A program made the position numbers and the translations under genes. Positions 47,566 to 57,902 of a DNA stretch of 64,000 bases are shown here, piece after piece. Below the pieces are notes generated by a model. It was not told the DNA's origin and made no database searches. It saw only the letters and a list, made by a program, of their open reading frames with translations. Position 1 is the stretch's first letter. Each line of letters opens with the position of its first letter. Origin of the DNA: an uncultured Gammaproteobacteria bacterium (GTDB lineage: Bacteria > Pseudomonadota > Gammaproteobacteria > Steroidobacterales > Rariloculaceae). The DNA is taken from assembly GCA_963817615.1 (NCBI GenBank), contig CAWFPH010000002.1, forward strand, positions 1,305,959 to 1,369,958, given 5' to 3'.

Positions 47566-48366
47566 TCAGCGGGCCGTCACGCCGCTCTCGTGCTGCGGGA
47601 AACCGCTCGCGTCGATCGTCTCGAGGTAGCCGTGCCACGATGCGTGTCCGATCACGGGCAGGATCACGGCGAGCCCGACGAAGGCGGTTGCGACGCCGAG
47701 GGCGATGCCGAGCACGATCAGCACGAGCCAGAGCAGCATCGCGGGCTTGTTCCTGAGCACCGCGTTGATCGATGTCACGACGGCCGTGACCGCGTCGACC
47801 CTGCGGTGCACGATCATCGGCAGCGAGAACGCGCTGACCGAGAAGGTGAGCGTCGCGAAAACCGCGCCGACGACGGTGCCGATCGACAGATACTCGACGA
47901 GATCGCGCAGCGCAGGGTGGCCGTCGGGCGGCAGGAAGATGCTGAGCACGGTCGCAGCTCTGGCCCAGACGAGGAACACGACGAGCAGCACGAGCGTGAA
48001 CACGAGCTCGTTGCCGATGTATTGCTTCATGCCTGCTTCGACGGCTCGCACGAGCGAGGGCCGCTCGCCGCGCTCGAGCTGCGCGCTCAGCACGTAGAGC
48101 CCGGTGCAGACGAGCGGCGCGAGAAACACGAAGCCGCCGAGCATCGCGAGCATGAACCAGTAGCTGCCGTAGCGCCACGCGAGCCAGCAGACGACCGCGA
48201 TCGGCGCCGCCATGAAGATCCCATAGCAGACGCTTTGCGGCCAGGCCCGAGCGAAATCGGCGAGACCGCGTTCCAGCCAGCCGAACGGCGCGGTGAACGC
48301 GAGGCTGCGGCACGGTGCGACGAACGGCAACGCGTCGAGCTCTTCCGGTCTCGGTTCCGCGCTCAT
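47566..48366 (-). CDS. DUF2189 family membrane protein
   Basis: APFGWLERGLADF, GFVFLAPL-x-x-x-GLY-x-LS, WARAA, SAFSLPMI, PVIGHASWHGY. Confidence 0.86.
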   Translation of the reverse strand: MSAEPRPEELDALPFVAPCRSLAFTAPFGWLERGLADFARAWPQSVCYGIFMAAPIAVVCWLAWRYGSYWFMLAMLGGFVFLAPLVCTGLYVLSAQLERGERPSLVRAVEAGMKQYIGNELVFTLVLLVVFLVWARAATVLSIFLPPDGHPALRDLVEYLSIGTVVGAVFATLTFSVSAFSLPMIVHRRVDAVTAVVTSINAVLRNKPAMLLWLVLIVLGIALGVATAFVGLAVILPVIGHASWHGYLETIDASGFPQHESGVTAR

Positions 48367-48410
48367 GACCTCCCCGAGCGGCCGAATCGGTGCCTACCGA
48401 GTCGAGACGG

Positions 48411-49892
48411 TCACTCCGGCCGCGGCTCCTCCGCGTAGGCGCTCCACACGTCCGCCTTGCTCTGCGGCGCCATCGATGCGTGCACGTTGATGTAGCGCCC
48501 GAAGTCGACGAGGCCGATCTTCTTCAGCGCCGGCACGAGCGCGCGCACGTGCTCGTTCGCGGGCTCGCCGGGGTTTACCGAGAAGTCGCCCTGGAACAGC
48601 ACTTTCTCCTTCGGGAGGTAAGCGATGAGCAAGCCGTTAGAGTGCGGCGCGGGGTAGATATGGTAGATCTCCACCGTGCGAGTGCCGTCGGAGTACACCT
48701 TCTTCTCGTCGACCGCCTCCACCTTCGCGCGCTTCGGGTTCTTCGCGAGGACGTCGTCGAGCAGCGTGCGCGGCGTGTTGAGCGCACCCTCGAGGAAAGC
48801 CTTGTTGTTCGCCTGGGTGATGATGGTCGCGCCCTCGGCCACGAGCGCGGGCAGGCCGCCCGTATGGTCCGCGTGCGGGTGCGTGTTCATCACGTAGCGG
48901 ATCGGCTTGCCGGGAAACAGCTTCTTCGTCGCGGCGACATAGGCCTCGCCGCGCGCAATGCTCTGGCCGGCCTCGAGCATCATCACGTAGCTCTTGAACT
49001 CGACGATTACGGAGTCGTAGCTGCCGGGGCCCGTCGTGAGGCGGTAGAGACCGTCGCCGAGCTTCTCGGGGGTGACGTCGAGCGACGGCGGTCGGCCGCC
49101 GCCGGGCGGGCCGCCGGGCCGATTCGCGGGTGCGGGCGCGAGCGCCGCGAGGTCGGACGGATTCGCCTTCGCGTTCGTCACGTCGACCTCGAAGAACGGC
49201 CAGCCGCCCCGCGTCTGCACGATCTCGACCGGCGCCATCACGCCGCCGAAGTCGCGCCAGTCCGAATACGTCGCGACGATGTGCATGTCGCCCATGATGT
49301 TCTCGCCGAGCCAGGTCTCGACGCGGTCGATTAGATTGTCGTCGCCGACGTAGGCGTTCACGACGTAACTTTTGCCCGACGGCGCTTTGACCTTCGGGCT
49401 CCAGGTGAGCACCGTGTAGCGCTTGCCGTCGACGGTCCGCGCGCTCGCGGTCGTCTCGCTCTCGGCCGCGCCCTTGAGGAAGCCCCACGGCGTGATGTAG
49501 AGCTCGAGCGAGCCTGCCCATGGCTGCGACAGATCGGCCTGCTGCGGGGTGACCTGCTGGAAGAACGTGCCCGGCCTGACCGCGGTGGAGCCACCCGGTC
49601 CGATGTTCATCGTGTTACCCGTGTGCCGCGAGGTCGGCGCGCCGAGATCGATCACGCGCACGTAGCCCATGATCGGCCGCATCGGGTCGTGCGTGCCGTG
49701 GCAGATCATCGCGCCCGCGTTTGCGCCGCACTGCTGGAACGCGACGTCGCGCGCGGATCCGGAGTACGTGATGGAGCGAACGTTGCCGAGCGCCTTCTCG
49801 GCATTGGCGATCACGGTCTTGGCGTCCTGCGCCGCCGCGGTCGTGCACACGCACAACGCACAGAGCGCCGCGAGTCCCAGCTTCTTCACCAT
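48411..49892 (-). CDS. secreted protein with C-terminal metallo-beta-lactamase-fold domain
   Basis: Signal peptide, ITPWGFL, PGKPIRYVMNTHPHADHTGG (HxHxDH), PHS, LFQGD, VH. Confidence 0.86.
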   Translation of the reverse strand: MVKKLGLAALCALCVCTTAAAQDAKTVIANAEKALGNVRSITYSGSARDVAFQQCGANAGAMICHGTHDPMRPIMGYVRVIDLGAPTSRHTGNTMNIGPGGSTAVRPGTFFQQVTPQQADLSQPWAGSLELYITPWGFLKGAAESETTASARTVDGKRYTVLTWSPKVKAPSGKSYVVNAYVGDDNLIDRVETWLGENIMGDMHIVATYSDWRDFGGVMAPVEIVQTRGGWPFFEVDVTNAKANPSDLAALAPAPANRPGGPPGGGRPPSLDVTPEKLGDGLYRLTTGPGSYDSVIVEFKSYVMMLEAGQSIARGEAYVAATKKLFPGKPIRYVMNTHPHADHTGGLPALVAEGATIITQANNKAFLEGALNTPRTLLDDVLAKNPKRAKVEAVDEKKVYSDGTRTVEIYHIYPAPHSNGLLIAYLPKEKVLFQGDFSVNPGEPANEHVRALVPALKKIGLVDFGRYINVHASMAPQSKADVWSAYAEEPRPE

Positions 49893-49997
49893 AGCTATCC
49901 CCCCGTCCAGGTTCAGCAGCGAGATTCAGGCAACGATTCTACATGCGGGTTCGGCGGCGCGCGCCGAATTCGGCGGCCGGGGTGGCCCGGCGGCCGC

Positions 49998-50396
49998 TCA
50001 ACCGCCTTGCCAATGGCGCGCGATGCCGACCGCCGCACCGATGAAGAGCAAGATGCATGCGCTCGACTGCACGAAGAACCCCGGGAACCGCTTGGCCGCT
50101 TCGCGGCGATAGCCGGCGTAGTACCACGCGCGACCGAGAATCCAGACCGCGCCGAGCGCCGCGGCGCCCGCGTCGCTCAGATAGAGCGCGCATAGCCACA
50201 GCGGCGCCAGGAAGGTCGGCATCCATTCGAGCGTGTTCATGTGCGCGCGGAAGACTCGCTCGAAATCGGGATTGCCGCTGGTCGCCGGCAGCTTCACGCC
50301 GAATCGGACGTGCGCGACGGCGACCCGCGTCGCGATGAAGAGGTAGAGCGCAATCGCGAGCAACGTAACGACGGCGGTGTAGCGAGGCATCGTCAT
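49998..50396 (-). CDS. MAPEG family membrane protein
   Basis: PATSGNPDFERVFRAHMNTLE, WILGR, GY...KRFPGF. Confidence 0.9.
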   Translation of the reverse strand: MTMPRYTAVVTLLAIALYLFIATRVAVAHVRFGVKLPATSGNPDFERVFRAHMNTLEWMPTFLAPLWLCALYLSDAGAAALGAVWILGRAWYYAGYRREAAKRFPGFFVQSSACILLFIGAAVGIARHWQGG

Positions 50397-50563
50397 GAAT
50401 TTCTCCGGGGGGCAGCGAACCGAGCTCACGCGCCGCAGCCGATTGCGAGCCCGGCGACGGCCCATCGATTTGCGGGACGCGGCAAGTCGTGGCTTGCGCA
50501 GCGGCGGCGTCTCCGCATCTACTAGCACGTGCATGGAATTCGGCGCAATCGGAGGCGCGACTC

Positions 50564-51043
50564 GTGAAGCAAGTGACCCACGACGATCTCGCGCGGCTTA
50601 CGTCGCAGGCCGCCGCGGCGGCGCGCCGGCGCGCGCACCTGAACGTCCACGCCGCGCTCGAGGAGCCCGTGCAGCGGTTGTTCATCGCGTTCGAGCCGGG
50701 CACCTACGTGCGCCCGCACCGCCATCCGGAGCCGAACAAGTGGGAGCTCGTGGTGCTGATCTCGGGCGCGATCGATCTGCTCACGTTCGACGACGATGGC
50801 CGGCTCGAGGCGCGCGTCGCAATGAGCGCCGAGCGCGCTCGCGCGGCGGAGATACCGCCGAGCACATGGCACTCCTACGTCGCGCACGACTCGGGCACGG
50901 TGCTGCTCGAGGTCAAGGAGGGTCCGTACATCGCCTCGACGCCCGCGAATTTCGCGGCCTGGGCGCCGGCCGAGAACGACGCGGCCGCGGTCGCGCCGTA
51001 TCTCGAGCGGCTGCGCACCGCGCAACCGGGCGGCCGGCCCTGA
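50564..51043 (+). CDS. WbuC family cupin metalloprotein
   Basis: GGAGG then GTG. RRRAHLNVH, VQRL, EPGTYVRPHRH, WE, WHS, EVKEGPY, FAAWAP. Confidence 0.9.
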   Translation: MKQVTHDDLARLTSQAAAAARRRAHLNVHAALEEPVQRLFIAFEPGTYVRPHRHPEPNKWELVVLISGAIDLLTFDDDGRLEARVAMSAERARAAEIPPSTWHSYVAHDSGTVLLEVKEGPYIASTPANFAAWAPAENDAAAVAPYLERLRTAQPGGRP

Positions 51044-51146
51044 CATCGGGCGCTTGCGGGCGCGCCGTGAATGTCGAGCAAACCGCGTGCGGGCTCGCAA
51101 TAATACGGACCACGACACGGCTCACAATGAGCTTTGGGGGACGACG

Positions 51147-52235
51147 ATGAGAACAACGATCGCCTACGCGGTACTGCTCGGCTGCGCCGCGGCCACCGCG
51201 GCCGCACAGCAACCCTCCTCCGCGTTCGACCGCGGTCACAGCATGCAGTCCTGGCAGAACCCGGGGCTCGCGGCGGAGCTCGCGAAATGCAAGAGCCCGC
51301 CGAAGCCGTTCTCGATCGGCGGTGGGCGCGCCGCGTCGGCCGACACTTCCGCGCCGCCGCCCGAGCCGGCCGCGCCGCCGCCGTCGACCGCGATCCCCGG
51401 CGTGATCGCGGCCGGCCAGACCTGGAAGGTCGTCTGGCAGTGGGAGGGCAACAATGCCGACGGCCCGATCGCGGGGCCCGACGGCACGATCCTGTTCGCG
51501 AACAACGACGCGAGCAACGTGCTGAAGGTCGATCCCGCCACCGGTCTTGCCACGGAGCTCTACAAGGACACGAATACCGGCGGTGCGTTGTCGCGCAGCA
51601 AGAACGGCGCGCTGTTCCTCGCGGTGCGCGGGCTGGGATCGGGCATCGAGCAGCTGGAGCCGCAGCGCAGGATGTTCGCGAGCACGTTCAACGGCGAGCC
51701 GCTCGACTGCGCGGGCGGCGTCATGAACGACCTCGTGGCCGATGCGCGCGGCGGCGTCTATTTCGCGGTGAGCGGCGGCGGTCTCTTCTATGCGAATCCT
51801 CGAGGCGTCGTATCGAAATACGGCGAGGGTGTGGACGCTGCGAACGGCATCATCCTGAGCCCGGACGAGAAGACGCTGTACGTCACGAACGGCCCCGTCG
51901 TGCTCGCGTTCGACGTGGGCGCCGATGGCGCGCTCGCGCACCAGCGCGAGCTCGGCAAGCTGCGGGGCGGGCAGGGCGGCGACGGCTCGGCCGTCGACTC
52001 CGAAGGCCGCGTATACGTGGCGACCGGGGCGTCGGCGGACGTGTTTGCGCCGAGCGGCGAGTTCCTGGGCTCCATCAAAGGCCCGCAAGGCATGCACGGC
52101 GTCGCATTCGGCGGCAAGGACAAGAAGACGTTGTTCGGCATCGTGTTCTACGGCGGCTGGGGCACGCCGAGCGCGCGTAACCGCGTGGTCGCGATTCCGA
52201 TGATCGCGCAAGGCTATCTCGGCCGCGCGAAATAG
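51147..52235 (+). CDS. secreted SMP-30/gluconolactonase family protein
   Basis: Signal peptide, NADGP, MNDLVAD, ANGIILSPDEKTLYV, GDGSAVDSEGRVYV, VAFGG. Confidence 0.87.
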   Translation: MRTTIAYAVLLGCAAATAAAQQPSSAFDRGHSMQSWQNPGLAAELAKCKSPPKPFSIGGGRAASADTSAPPPEPAAPPPSTAIPGVIAAGQTWKVVWQWEGNNADGPIAGPDGTILFANNDASNVLKVDPATGLATELYKDTNTGGALSRSKNGALFLAVRGLGSGIEQLEPQRRMFASTFNGEPLDCAGGVMNDLVADARGGVYFAVSGGGLFYANPRGVVSKYGEGVDAANGIILSPDEKTLYVTNGPVVLAFDVGADGALAHQRELGKLRGGQGGDGSAVDSEGRVYVATGASADVFAPSGEFLGSIKGPQGMHGVAFGGKDKKTLFGIVFYGGWGTPSARNRVVAIPMIAQGYLGRAK

Positions 52236-52289
52236 CGCGGCACGGCGGGCAAGCGACGCGGCTGTGGCGCCGAGCACGCGTTCGATCCC

Positions 52290-53120
52290 ATGAGCGCCAC
52301 GCCGCTGGAACGTTTCATGGCTCGTCACCGGCGGCTGTTCGTGCTGACCGGCGCCGGCTGCAGCACGGAATCCGGCATCCCCGACTATCGCGACGCCGCG
52401 GGCGAATGGAAGCGTGCGCGGCCCGTGATGCTCGCGGACTTTCTCGGGGACGAGCACGTGCGCAAACGGTACTGGGGGCGCAGCCTGGTCGGTTGGCGAC
52501 GCATGCGTTCGGCCCGGCCGAACGATGCGCATCGCTCGCTCGCGGTGCTCGAGACGCAGGGCCGCATCGAGCAGCTCGTCACGCAGAACGTCGACGGTCT
52601 GCACCAAGCCGCCGGCAGCGTGAACGTGATCGATCTGCACGGCCGGATCGACGCGGCGCTGTGCATGAGTTGCGGAACGCGTTCATCGCGCGAGCGGCTG
52701 CAGTCGGAGCTGTCGCTGCGCAATCCCGCGTTCGCGCAGCTCGCTGCGTCGGCAGCGCCCGACGGCGACGCCGATCTGGACGGCGTCGATTTCGGACCGT
52801 TCGATGTGCCGGAGTGCGCAGCCTGCGGCGGATTGCTCAAGCCCGACGTCGTGTTCTTCGGCGAGAGCGTTCCGCACGAGCGCGTGCGCCGCGCGCTGGC
52901 CGCCGCGGAGCGAGCGGACGCGATGCTCGTGGTCGGCTCGTCGCTGATGGTGTATTCGGGCTACCGATTCGTCCGCGCCATGGCGCAAGCCGGCAAGCCG
53001 GTCGCGGCCGTCAACCTGGGCCGCACGCGTGCGGACGACCTGCTGACGCTCAAGATCGCCGAGCGCTGTGCGAGCGCGCTCGCTTTCGCGATCCGCGGCG
53101 ACGCATCGAGTGCCGCGTAG
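52290..53120 (+). CDS. NAD-dependent protein deacylase, Sir2 class II
   Basis: LTGAGCSTESGIPDYR, TQNVDGLH, DLHG, CxxC...CxxC, APDGDAD, KPDVVFFGE, GSSLMVYSG. Confidence 0.94.
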   Translation: MSATPLERFMARHRRLFVLTGAGCSTESGIPDYRDAAGEWKRARPVMLADFLGDEHVRKRYWGRSLVGWRRMRSARPNDAHRSLAVLETQGRIEQLVTQNVDGLHQAAGSVNVIDLHGRIDAALCMSCGTRSSRERLQSELSLRNPAFAQLAASAAPDGDADLDGVDFGPFDVPECAACGGLLKPDVVFFGESVPHERVRRALAAAERADAMLVVGSSLMVYSGYRFVRAMAQAGKPVAAVNLGRTRADDLLTLKIAERCASALAFAIRGDASSAA

Positions 53121-53196
53121 CGCTGCGGGGATCGAACCGCAAAGCGGTCTTACGGCGAATCATCCTGGGACTTCGCGTCGACGGACGACTCCGCGG

Positions 53197-55110
53197 CTAC
53201 TTTGCGAGCAGCTCCCACTGCCGATCCGCGCGCTCGAGCACGGCCGGCAGGTCCTCGGCGAGCAGATAGCGGTCCGCGATCAGCGTCTCGCCGGCGGCAC
53301 GCACCGCATCCAGATAGACCTGCTTCGAGGCGTAGCGCTCCGCGATCGCCGCGCGCGGATCCTTTGCCGCCGCGCGCGCCGCGGCCGTCGCCGGGAACGG
53401 AATGTACGAGCCGAGCAGCGGATAGAGCTGGTCGGATGCGCCGATGCGCGCGTTCCTGAAGTTCCACCCGGTATAGGTCGCGAGCGGCACCGCGATCGCG
53501 GGCAGCCGCACGCCCGCGAGCTCGAGGCCGTCGCGGTCGGTCTGCGGTACGAGGTAGGGCAGCGGCGCGCCGGGCGCGCCGTCGTGCGGAAGCAACGGAT
53601 TCGCAGCGCGCAGGCCCGCCGGCAACCCGTTCGGCGCATGCACGCCGGGCAGCGCGGGGAACGCGACCTTGCTCGCGCGCACGAGCGTGCGATCGTCGAG
53701 GCGCGGATAGCGGCTCGGCGGCGGCGCGGCGCCCGTGCGCAGCCAGTCGTTCATCGCGACGAGCAGCGCGCGCATCGCGAGCCAGTAGTCGTTGGGATTC
53801 TGCGGCTGTGCGCCGTTGCGCGGCTCGCCGGGCGGAAAGCGCGCCGGCCCGTGCTGGGAGCCCGTCAGGAAGTACACGCGCTCGTTGTCCGGCAGCTTCA
53901 AGTCCGCCGCGCCGTCGGGCGTCGTGTGCACGAGCGCGGCCGAGCGGGCGCCGCCCCAATATTCGACGCCGGTGTTCGTGTAGAAGATCTTCGGCTTGAA
54001 GTCGCGCGCGCGCGGGTTGTCGAGCTCGCCGTCCTCGTCGTGGGTGACCGGGTCGCGTAGCGCCGTGTCCGCGAACGGGAACGCGGTCGCGTTGAACTGG
54101 CCCAAGTTCGTAGGCGTCGCCCAGCGCCGATTCAGATCGAGCCGCGAGGCGCCCGCGATGTGCGCGATCACGCCGTCGAATACCTGCCGGCCGCGCTCGT
54201 CGGCGTTGAAGCCCAAGTACAGGAACGTGCGCAGGAACCGGCCGCTTTGCGACAAGCCGAAGGCCAGCGCGCGGTCGACCTTCGCCGGCGAGTCGGACGC
54301 GTGCCTGAGCCATGCGGCCGTGTCGCGCACCGCCGCGAAGCCGAGCCCGGCGACCGGAGGATCCGCGGCGTCGTACTCGAGCTCGTAGGTGCGTCCGGCC
54401 GTGAAGCCGCCCTCCAGCGTCACGCTGTTGCCATCGAGCTTGAAGCGGCTGCGCGCGATCGGCGTCGCCTTGCCGAGCGGGCCGTCGCGCACGGCGAGCG
54501 TGGCGCTCGCTGCGTCGGGATCGCTCGGCGCGTAGACCACGAGGTCGGCGAACCGCAGCGTCGCGGTCGCGGCGCTCGCAGTGACCGCCGCGTGGACGCG
54601 GCCCCGGACGCCGGCCGCGACCGGCACGTCGATGCGTAACGCGTCGTCGCGCTCCGGCACGTCGAACTCCCAGCCGACCCAGACGAGCGTGAAGCCGCGG
54701 CGCAGCAGGAAGCCGTCGCCGAGGCTGCCGCGCAGCGCGTGGTCGAAGCTCGTGAGCAGCGTCGCGTTGCCGCGGTTCACGACGTCGAGCAGTAGCGTGC
54801 CATTGCCCTTGGCGGCGTCCTTCGGCCGCATGATCGCGAGATCGGCCGACAGCTCGACCTTGCCTGCCGTGTTGTGCGGCGCCTTGTCGAGGTCGACGAT
54901 GACTCGGTTGCGGGCATTCGCGGGATCGACCGCGAAGTGCACGCGACCGGTCAAGAACTCGTATGCGCCCGTGTCGCCGAATGGTGCGCCGTCGTCGACA
55001 TCGACGCGCGAGTCGATGTCGACGCCGGTGACCTCGGCGCGCGCGAGCGCTGCGGACGCGCAGAGCGCGACATAGGCCACGAGCGACGGAAGCGAAGCCG
55101 CCCTGAGCAT
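53197..55110 (-). CDS. secreted alpha/beta-hydrolase-domain protein
   Basis: Signal peptide, FGDTGAYE, VVNRGN, GLGFAAVRD, GLSQSGRFL (GxSxxG), NTGVEYW, GSQH, VPLATYTGWN. Confidence 0.84.
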   Translation of the reverse strand: MLRAASLPSLVAYVALCASAALARAEVTGVDIDSRVDVDDGAPFGDTGAYEFLTGRVHFAVDPANARNRVIVDLDKAPHNTAGKVELSADLAIMRPKDAAKGNGTLLLDVVNRGNATLLTSFDHALRGSLGDGFLLRRGFTLVWVGWEFDVPERDDALRIDVPVAAGVRGRVHAAVTASAATATLRFADLVVYAPSDPDAASATLAVRDGPLGKATPIARSRFKLDGNSVTLEGGFTAGRTYELEYDAADPPVAGLGFAAVRDTAAWLRHASDSPAKVDRALAFGLSQSGRFLRTFLYLGFNADERGRQVFDGVIAHIAGASRLDLNRRWATPTNLGQFNATAFPFADTALRDPVTHDEDGELDNPRARDFKPKIFYTNTGVEYWGGARSAALVHTTPDGAADLKLPDNERVYFLTGSQHGPARFPPGEPRNGAQPQNPNDYWLAMRALLVAMNDWLRTGAAPPPSRYPRLDDRTLVRASKVAFPALPGVHAPNGLPAGLRAANPLLPHDGAPGAPLPYLVPQTDRDGLELAGVRLPAIAVPLATYTGWNFRNARIGASDQLYPLLGSYIPFPATAAARAAAKDPRAAIAERYASKQVYLDAVRAAGETLIADRYLLAEDLPAVLERADRQWELLAK

Positions 55111-55220
55111 AGAACCTCCCCCTTCCCGGAGCCGAGCGGCTCCGAGGCCGACGTACCTGGACCCCGCCGTAGTGTAGCGGACTGGCCTTCGAATTCTGCT
55201 GCGTTTACAGTCCTCGCGGC

Positions 55221-57887
55221 ATGCATGCGCGCTGCATCAGCTCGCCGCGATATCCGGCGCTTCGCTTGCTGGTTGCGCTTGCGGCACTCGGCACGGGCGG
55301 TTGCGAGCCGCAGCTCGCCAAGACGGATTGCCCGCCGGCAGTCGGCCAACAGCGGCCGTGGCTCGATGGGGCTCGTGCCCCGCGGTGCCGCGCCGCGGAC
55401 GTCCTCGCGACGCTCACGACGCTCGACGCGAAGCTCGCGTTTCTCGAAGGCGGCGGCTTCGGCTCCTCGACCGGAATGACGCAGCTCGGCCTCGATACGG
55501 GCCGTACGCAGGACGGCCCCGCGGGCTTCAACGGCGGCACGGCATGGCCCACGCCGCTCGCGCTGGCGGCGAGCTACGATCCCGAGCTCGCCGAGCGCTT
55601 CGGCGTTGCGCTCGGGCGCGAGTTCCACGACTCCGGCCGCAGCGGCATTCTCGGACCCGCGATGGACACGACTCGCACATGGCATTTCGGCCGTTCGACC
55701 GAGAGCTACGGCGAGGATCCGTATCTCGCGGCGCGCATGGCTGCACGCGAGGTCGCCGGTATCCAATCGCAGCACGTGCTCACGACGATCAAGCACTACG
55801 CGGCCTATACGCAGGAGCAAGGACGGCTCGGCGACAACCCGACCGGCGAGCGTCCGGCCGTCGATCAGGTCGTGTCGGCGCGTGCGCTGCACGAGATTTA
55901 CCTGCGCTCGTTTCACGCAGCGGTCGTCGAGGGCGGCGCGGGCGGCGTGATGTGCTCGTTCCCGCAAATCAACGGCACCTACGCGTGCGAGCACGCCGAG
56001 CTGCTCGACGCCGTCTTGAAGCGCGGCTGGGGCTTCGACGGCGCGGTGTTCCCCGACTTCCCGGTGGCGCAGCGCAGCATCGCGAACGCGTTCGCCGCCG
56101 GCCTCGATGCGGGCGTGATGGAGCCGGCCGCGGGCGGCGCCGCGGACGCCGAGGGCGCGGGCCGCTTCGCGGGTGACATCGGTCTGCGCGAGGCCGTCGC
56201 CCGCGGCGTCGTTCCGGAGCACCGCATCGACGATCTCGTGCTGCGCCGGCTCGTGCCGGGATTTCGGATAGGCACGTTCGACCATCCGGCGAAAGCCGTG
56301 CGTGACGAGCCGAGCACGCCCGAGGCGCGCGCGCTCGCGGCCGCGATGGCCGAGGCGGGCGCCGTGCTGCTCAAGAACGACGGCGTATTGCCGCTCGAGC
56401 GCTCGGTGCGGCGCATCGCGCTGATCGGCCCGCAGGCCGGCGTCGACCCCGTGGTGGTCGAGCAGGGGTCGGCCTACGTCGAGCCGCGGCACCTCGTGAC
56501 CGCGTTCGACGGTTTGCAGGCGCGCGCGCCGGACGGGGTTCGCATCGACACGGCGCTCGGCGGCCCCGACTTGCACCCATTGCCGAGCCCGGCAGAGGAG
56601 TCGTTCACGGCGCCCGACGGCGCGCCGGGGTTTCGCGCCGAATACTTCGCAAGCCCCGACCTCCGGCTGCCCAGCCCCAGCTTCACGAGCCGCACGGAGC
56701 GTGCGGTCGACGTGAGCGGCGTGCCGGACGTGGCGGGCTTGCCCGCCGATAAGCAATGGGCGGTGCGCTACACGAGCCGCTTCACCGCGCGTGCGAGCGG
56801 CCGGCATCGGTTCACGCTGGACGGTTCCGGCTCGGCCGAGCTTTTCATCGACGGCAAGCTCGAGGATGCGTTCTACAACTCCGATTTCGGCGCAATCGCA
56901 TATGCGAGCGTCGATCTCGACGCGGGGCGGGCGGTCGACGTCGAGATCCGCTACTCGCCGCGCACCACGCTCGGCACCGCGCCGCGCAGGCAGTTCGCAA
57001 CGGTGCTCGGCGTCGCGCTGCGCTTGGGCTACGCGCCGCCCGACGACGGCCTCGCGCGTGCCGTGCAGGCGGCGGCAGACGCCGACGTCGCGGTCGTGCT
57101 CGCGGGGCACATCGTCGGCGAAGGGATGGATCGTACGCATCTCGCGTTGCCGGCCGATCAGGACCGGTTGATCGCCGCGGTCGCGCGCGCGAATCCGCAC
57201 ACGGTCGTCGTGCTCGTCACGGGCGGCGCGGTCGCGATGCCGTGGCTCGACGCGGTCGCGGGCGTGCTCGAGCTCTGGCTGCCGGGCGACGCCTACGGTA
57301 CCGCGCTTGCCGCGCTGCTGTACGGCGACGCGGATCCGGGCGGACGCTTGCCGGTCACGTTTCCGGCGGACGAGACGCAGGGGCCCGGCACGACGCAGCG
57401 CACGTATCCGGGCGAGCTCTCGCCGAGCGGCGCGCTGCAGCGAGTGCGCTACGACGAGGGGCTTGCGATCGGCTATCGCTATTGGGACGCGCACGCGCAG
57501 CGGCCGCTTTTCCCTTTCGGCCATGGGCTTTCGTACGCGACGTTTGCAATCGAGGGTTTGAGCGCGGAGGCGACGCCGAGCGGCGGCGCGCAGGTCCGAG
57601 CGCGCGTCTCCAATGCCTCGGCGCGCGCCGGCACGGAAGTGCTGCAAGTCTACGTGGGCTTCCCGGCCGCGTCGGGGGAGCCGCCGCGCCAGCTCAAAGG
57701 CATCGCGAAGGTCGCGCTCGGCCCGGGCGAGCGCCGCGAGGTCACGATCGCGCTCGATCGCGCCGCGTTCGAGATCTGGGACGAGCGTGCCGCTCGCTGG
57801 ACCGTGCCGCCCGGCTCGTTCGACCTCATGCTCGCGCGCTCGTCGCGGGATGTCGTTCGAACGTTCGCGCTGACGCCGCTGCGCTGA
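55221..57887 (+). CDS. glycoside hydrolase family 3 with PA14 and Fn3-like domains, probable lipoprotein
   Basis: TGGC lipobox-like, DGPAG, ESYGEDP, IKHY, VFPDF nucleophile, VLLKNDG, EGMDR, YDEG-x-x-IGYR, PLFPFGHGLSY. Confidence 0.9.
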   Translation: MHARCISSPRYPALRLLVALAALGTGGCEPQLAKTDCPPAVGQQRPWLDGARAPRCRAADVLATLTTLDAKLAFLEGGGFGSSTGMTQLGLDTGRTQDGPAGFNGGTAWPTPLALAASYDPELAERFGVALGREFHDSGRSGILGPAMDTTRTWHFGRSTESYGEDPYLAARMAAREVAGIQSQHVLTTIKHYAAYTQEQGRLGDNPTGERPAVDQVVSARALHEIYLRSFHAAVVEGGAGGVMCSFPQINGTYACEHAELLDAVLKRGWGFDGAVFPDFPVAQRSIANAFAAGLDAGVMEPAAGGAADAEGAGRFAGDIGLREAVARGVVPEHRIDDLVLRRLVPGFRIGTFDHPAKAVRDEPSTPEARALAAAMAEAGAVLLKNDGVLPLERSVRRIALIGPQAGVDPVVVEQGSAYVEPRHLVTAFDGLQARAPDGVRIDTALGGPDLHPLPSPAEESFTAPDGAPGFRAEYFASPDLRLPSPSFTSRTERAVDVSGVPDVAGLPADKQWAVRYTSRFTARASGRHRFTLDGSGSAELFIDGKLEDAFYNSDFGAIAYASVDLDAGRAVDVEIRYSPRTTLGTAPRRQFATVLGVALRLGYAPPDDGLARAVQAAADADVAVVLAGHIVGEGMDRTHLALPADQDRLIAAVARANPHTVVVLVTGGAVAMPWLDAVAGVLELWLPGDAYGTALAALLYGDADPGGRLPVTFPADETQGPGTTQRTYPGELSPSGALQRVRYDEGLAIGYRYWDAHAQRPLFPFGHGLSYATFAIEGLSAEATPSGGAQVRARVSNASARAGTEVLQVYVGFPAASGEPPRQLKGIAKVALGPGERREVTIALDRAAFEIWDERAARWTVPPGSFDLMLARSSRDVVRTFALTPLR

Positions 57888-57902
57888 AGCGTGCTCCGCG
57901 AG

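Noticed and set aside
48411-49892. MBL-fold protein as a beta-lactamase
   Set aside because: Large N-terminal extra domain and only the generic HxHxDH motif. Nothing specific for B1-B3 beta-lactamases.
50564-51043. WbuC cupin as a marker of an O-antigen cluster
   Set aside because: No glycosyltransferase, flippase or nucleotide-sugar genes nearby.
52290-53120. Sir2 protein as a possible anti-phage NADase (Thoeris/DSR type)
   Set aside because: Has the Zn-binding insert and class II deacylase motifs, and no defence genes are adjacent.
54951-57647. 898-aa antisense ORF opposite GH3 (likewise 44752-46953, 4007-5923, 18914-20635)
   Set aside because: Antisense shadows expected from GC-rich codon usage, with no recognisable domains.
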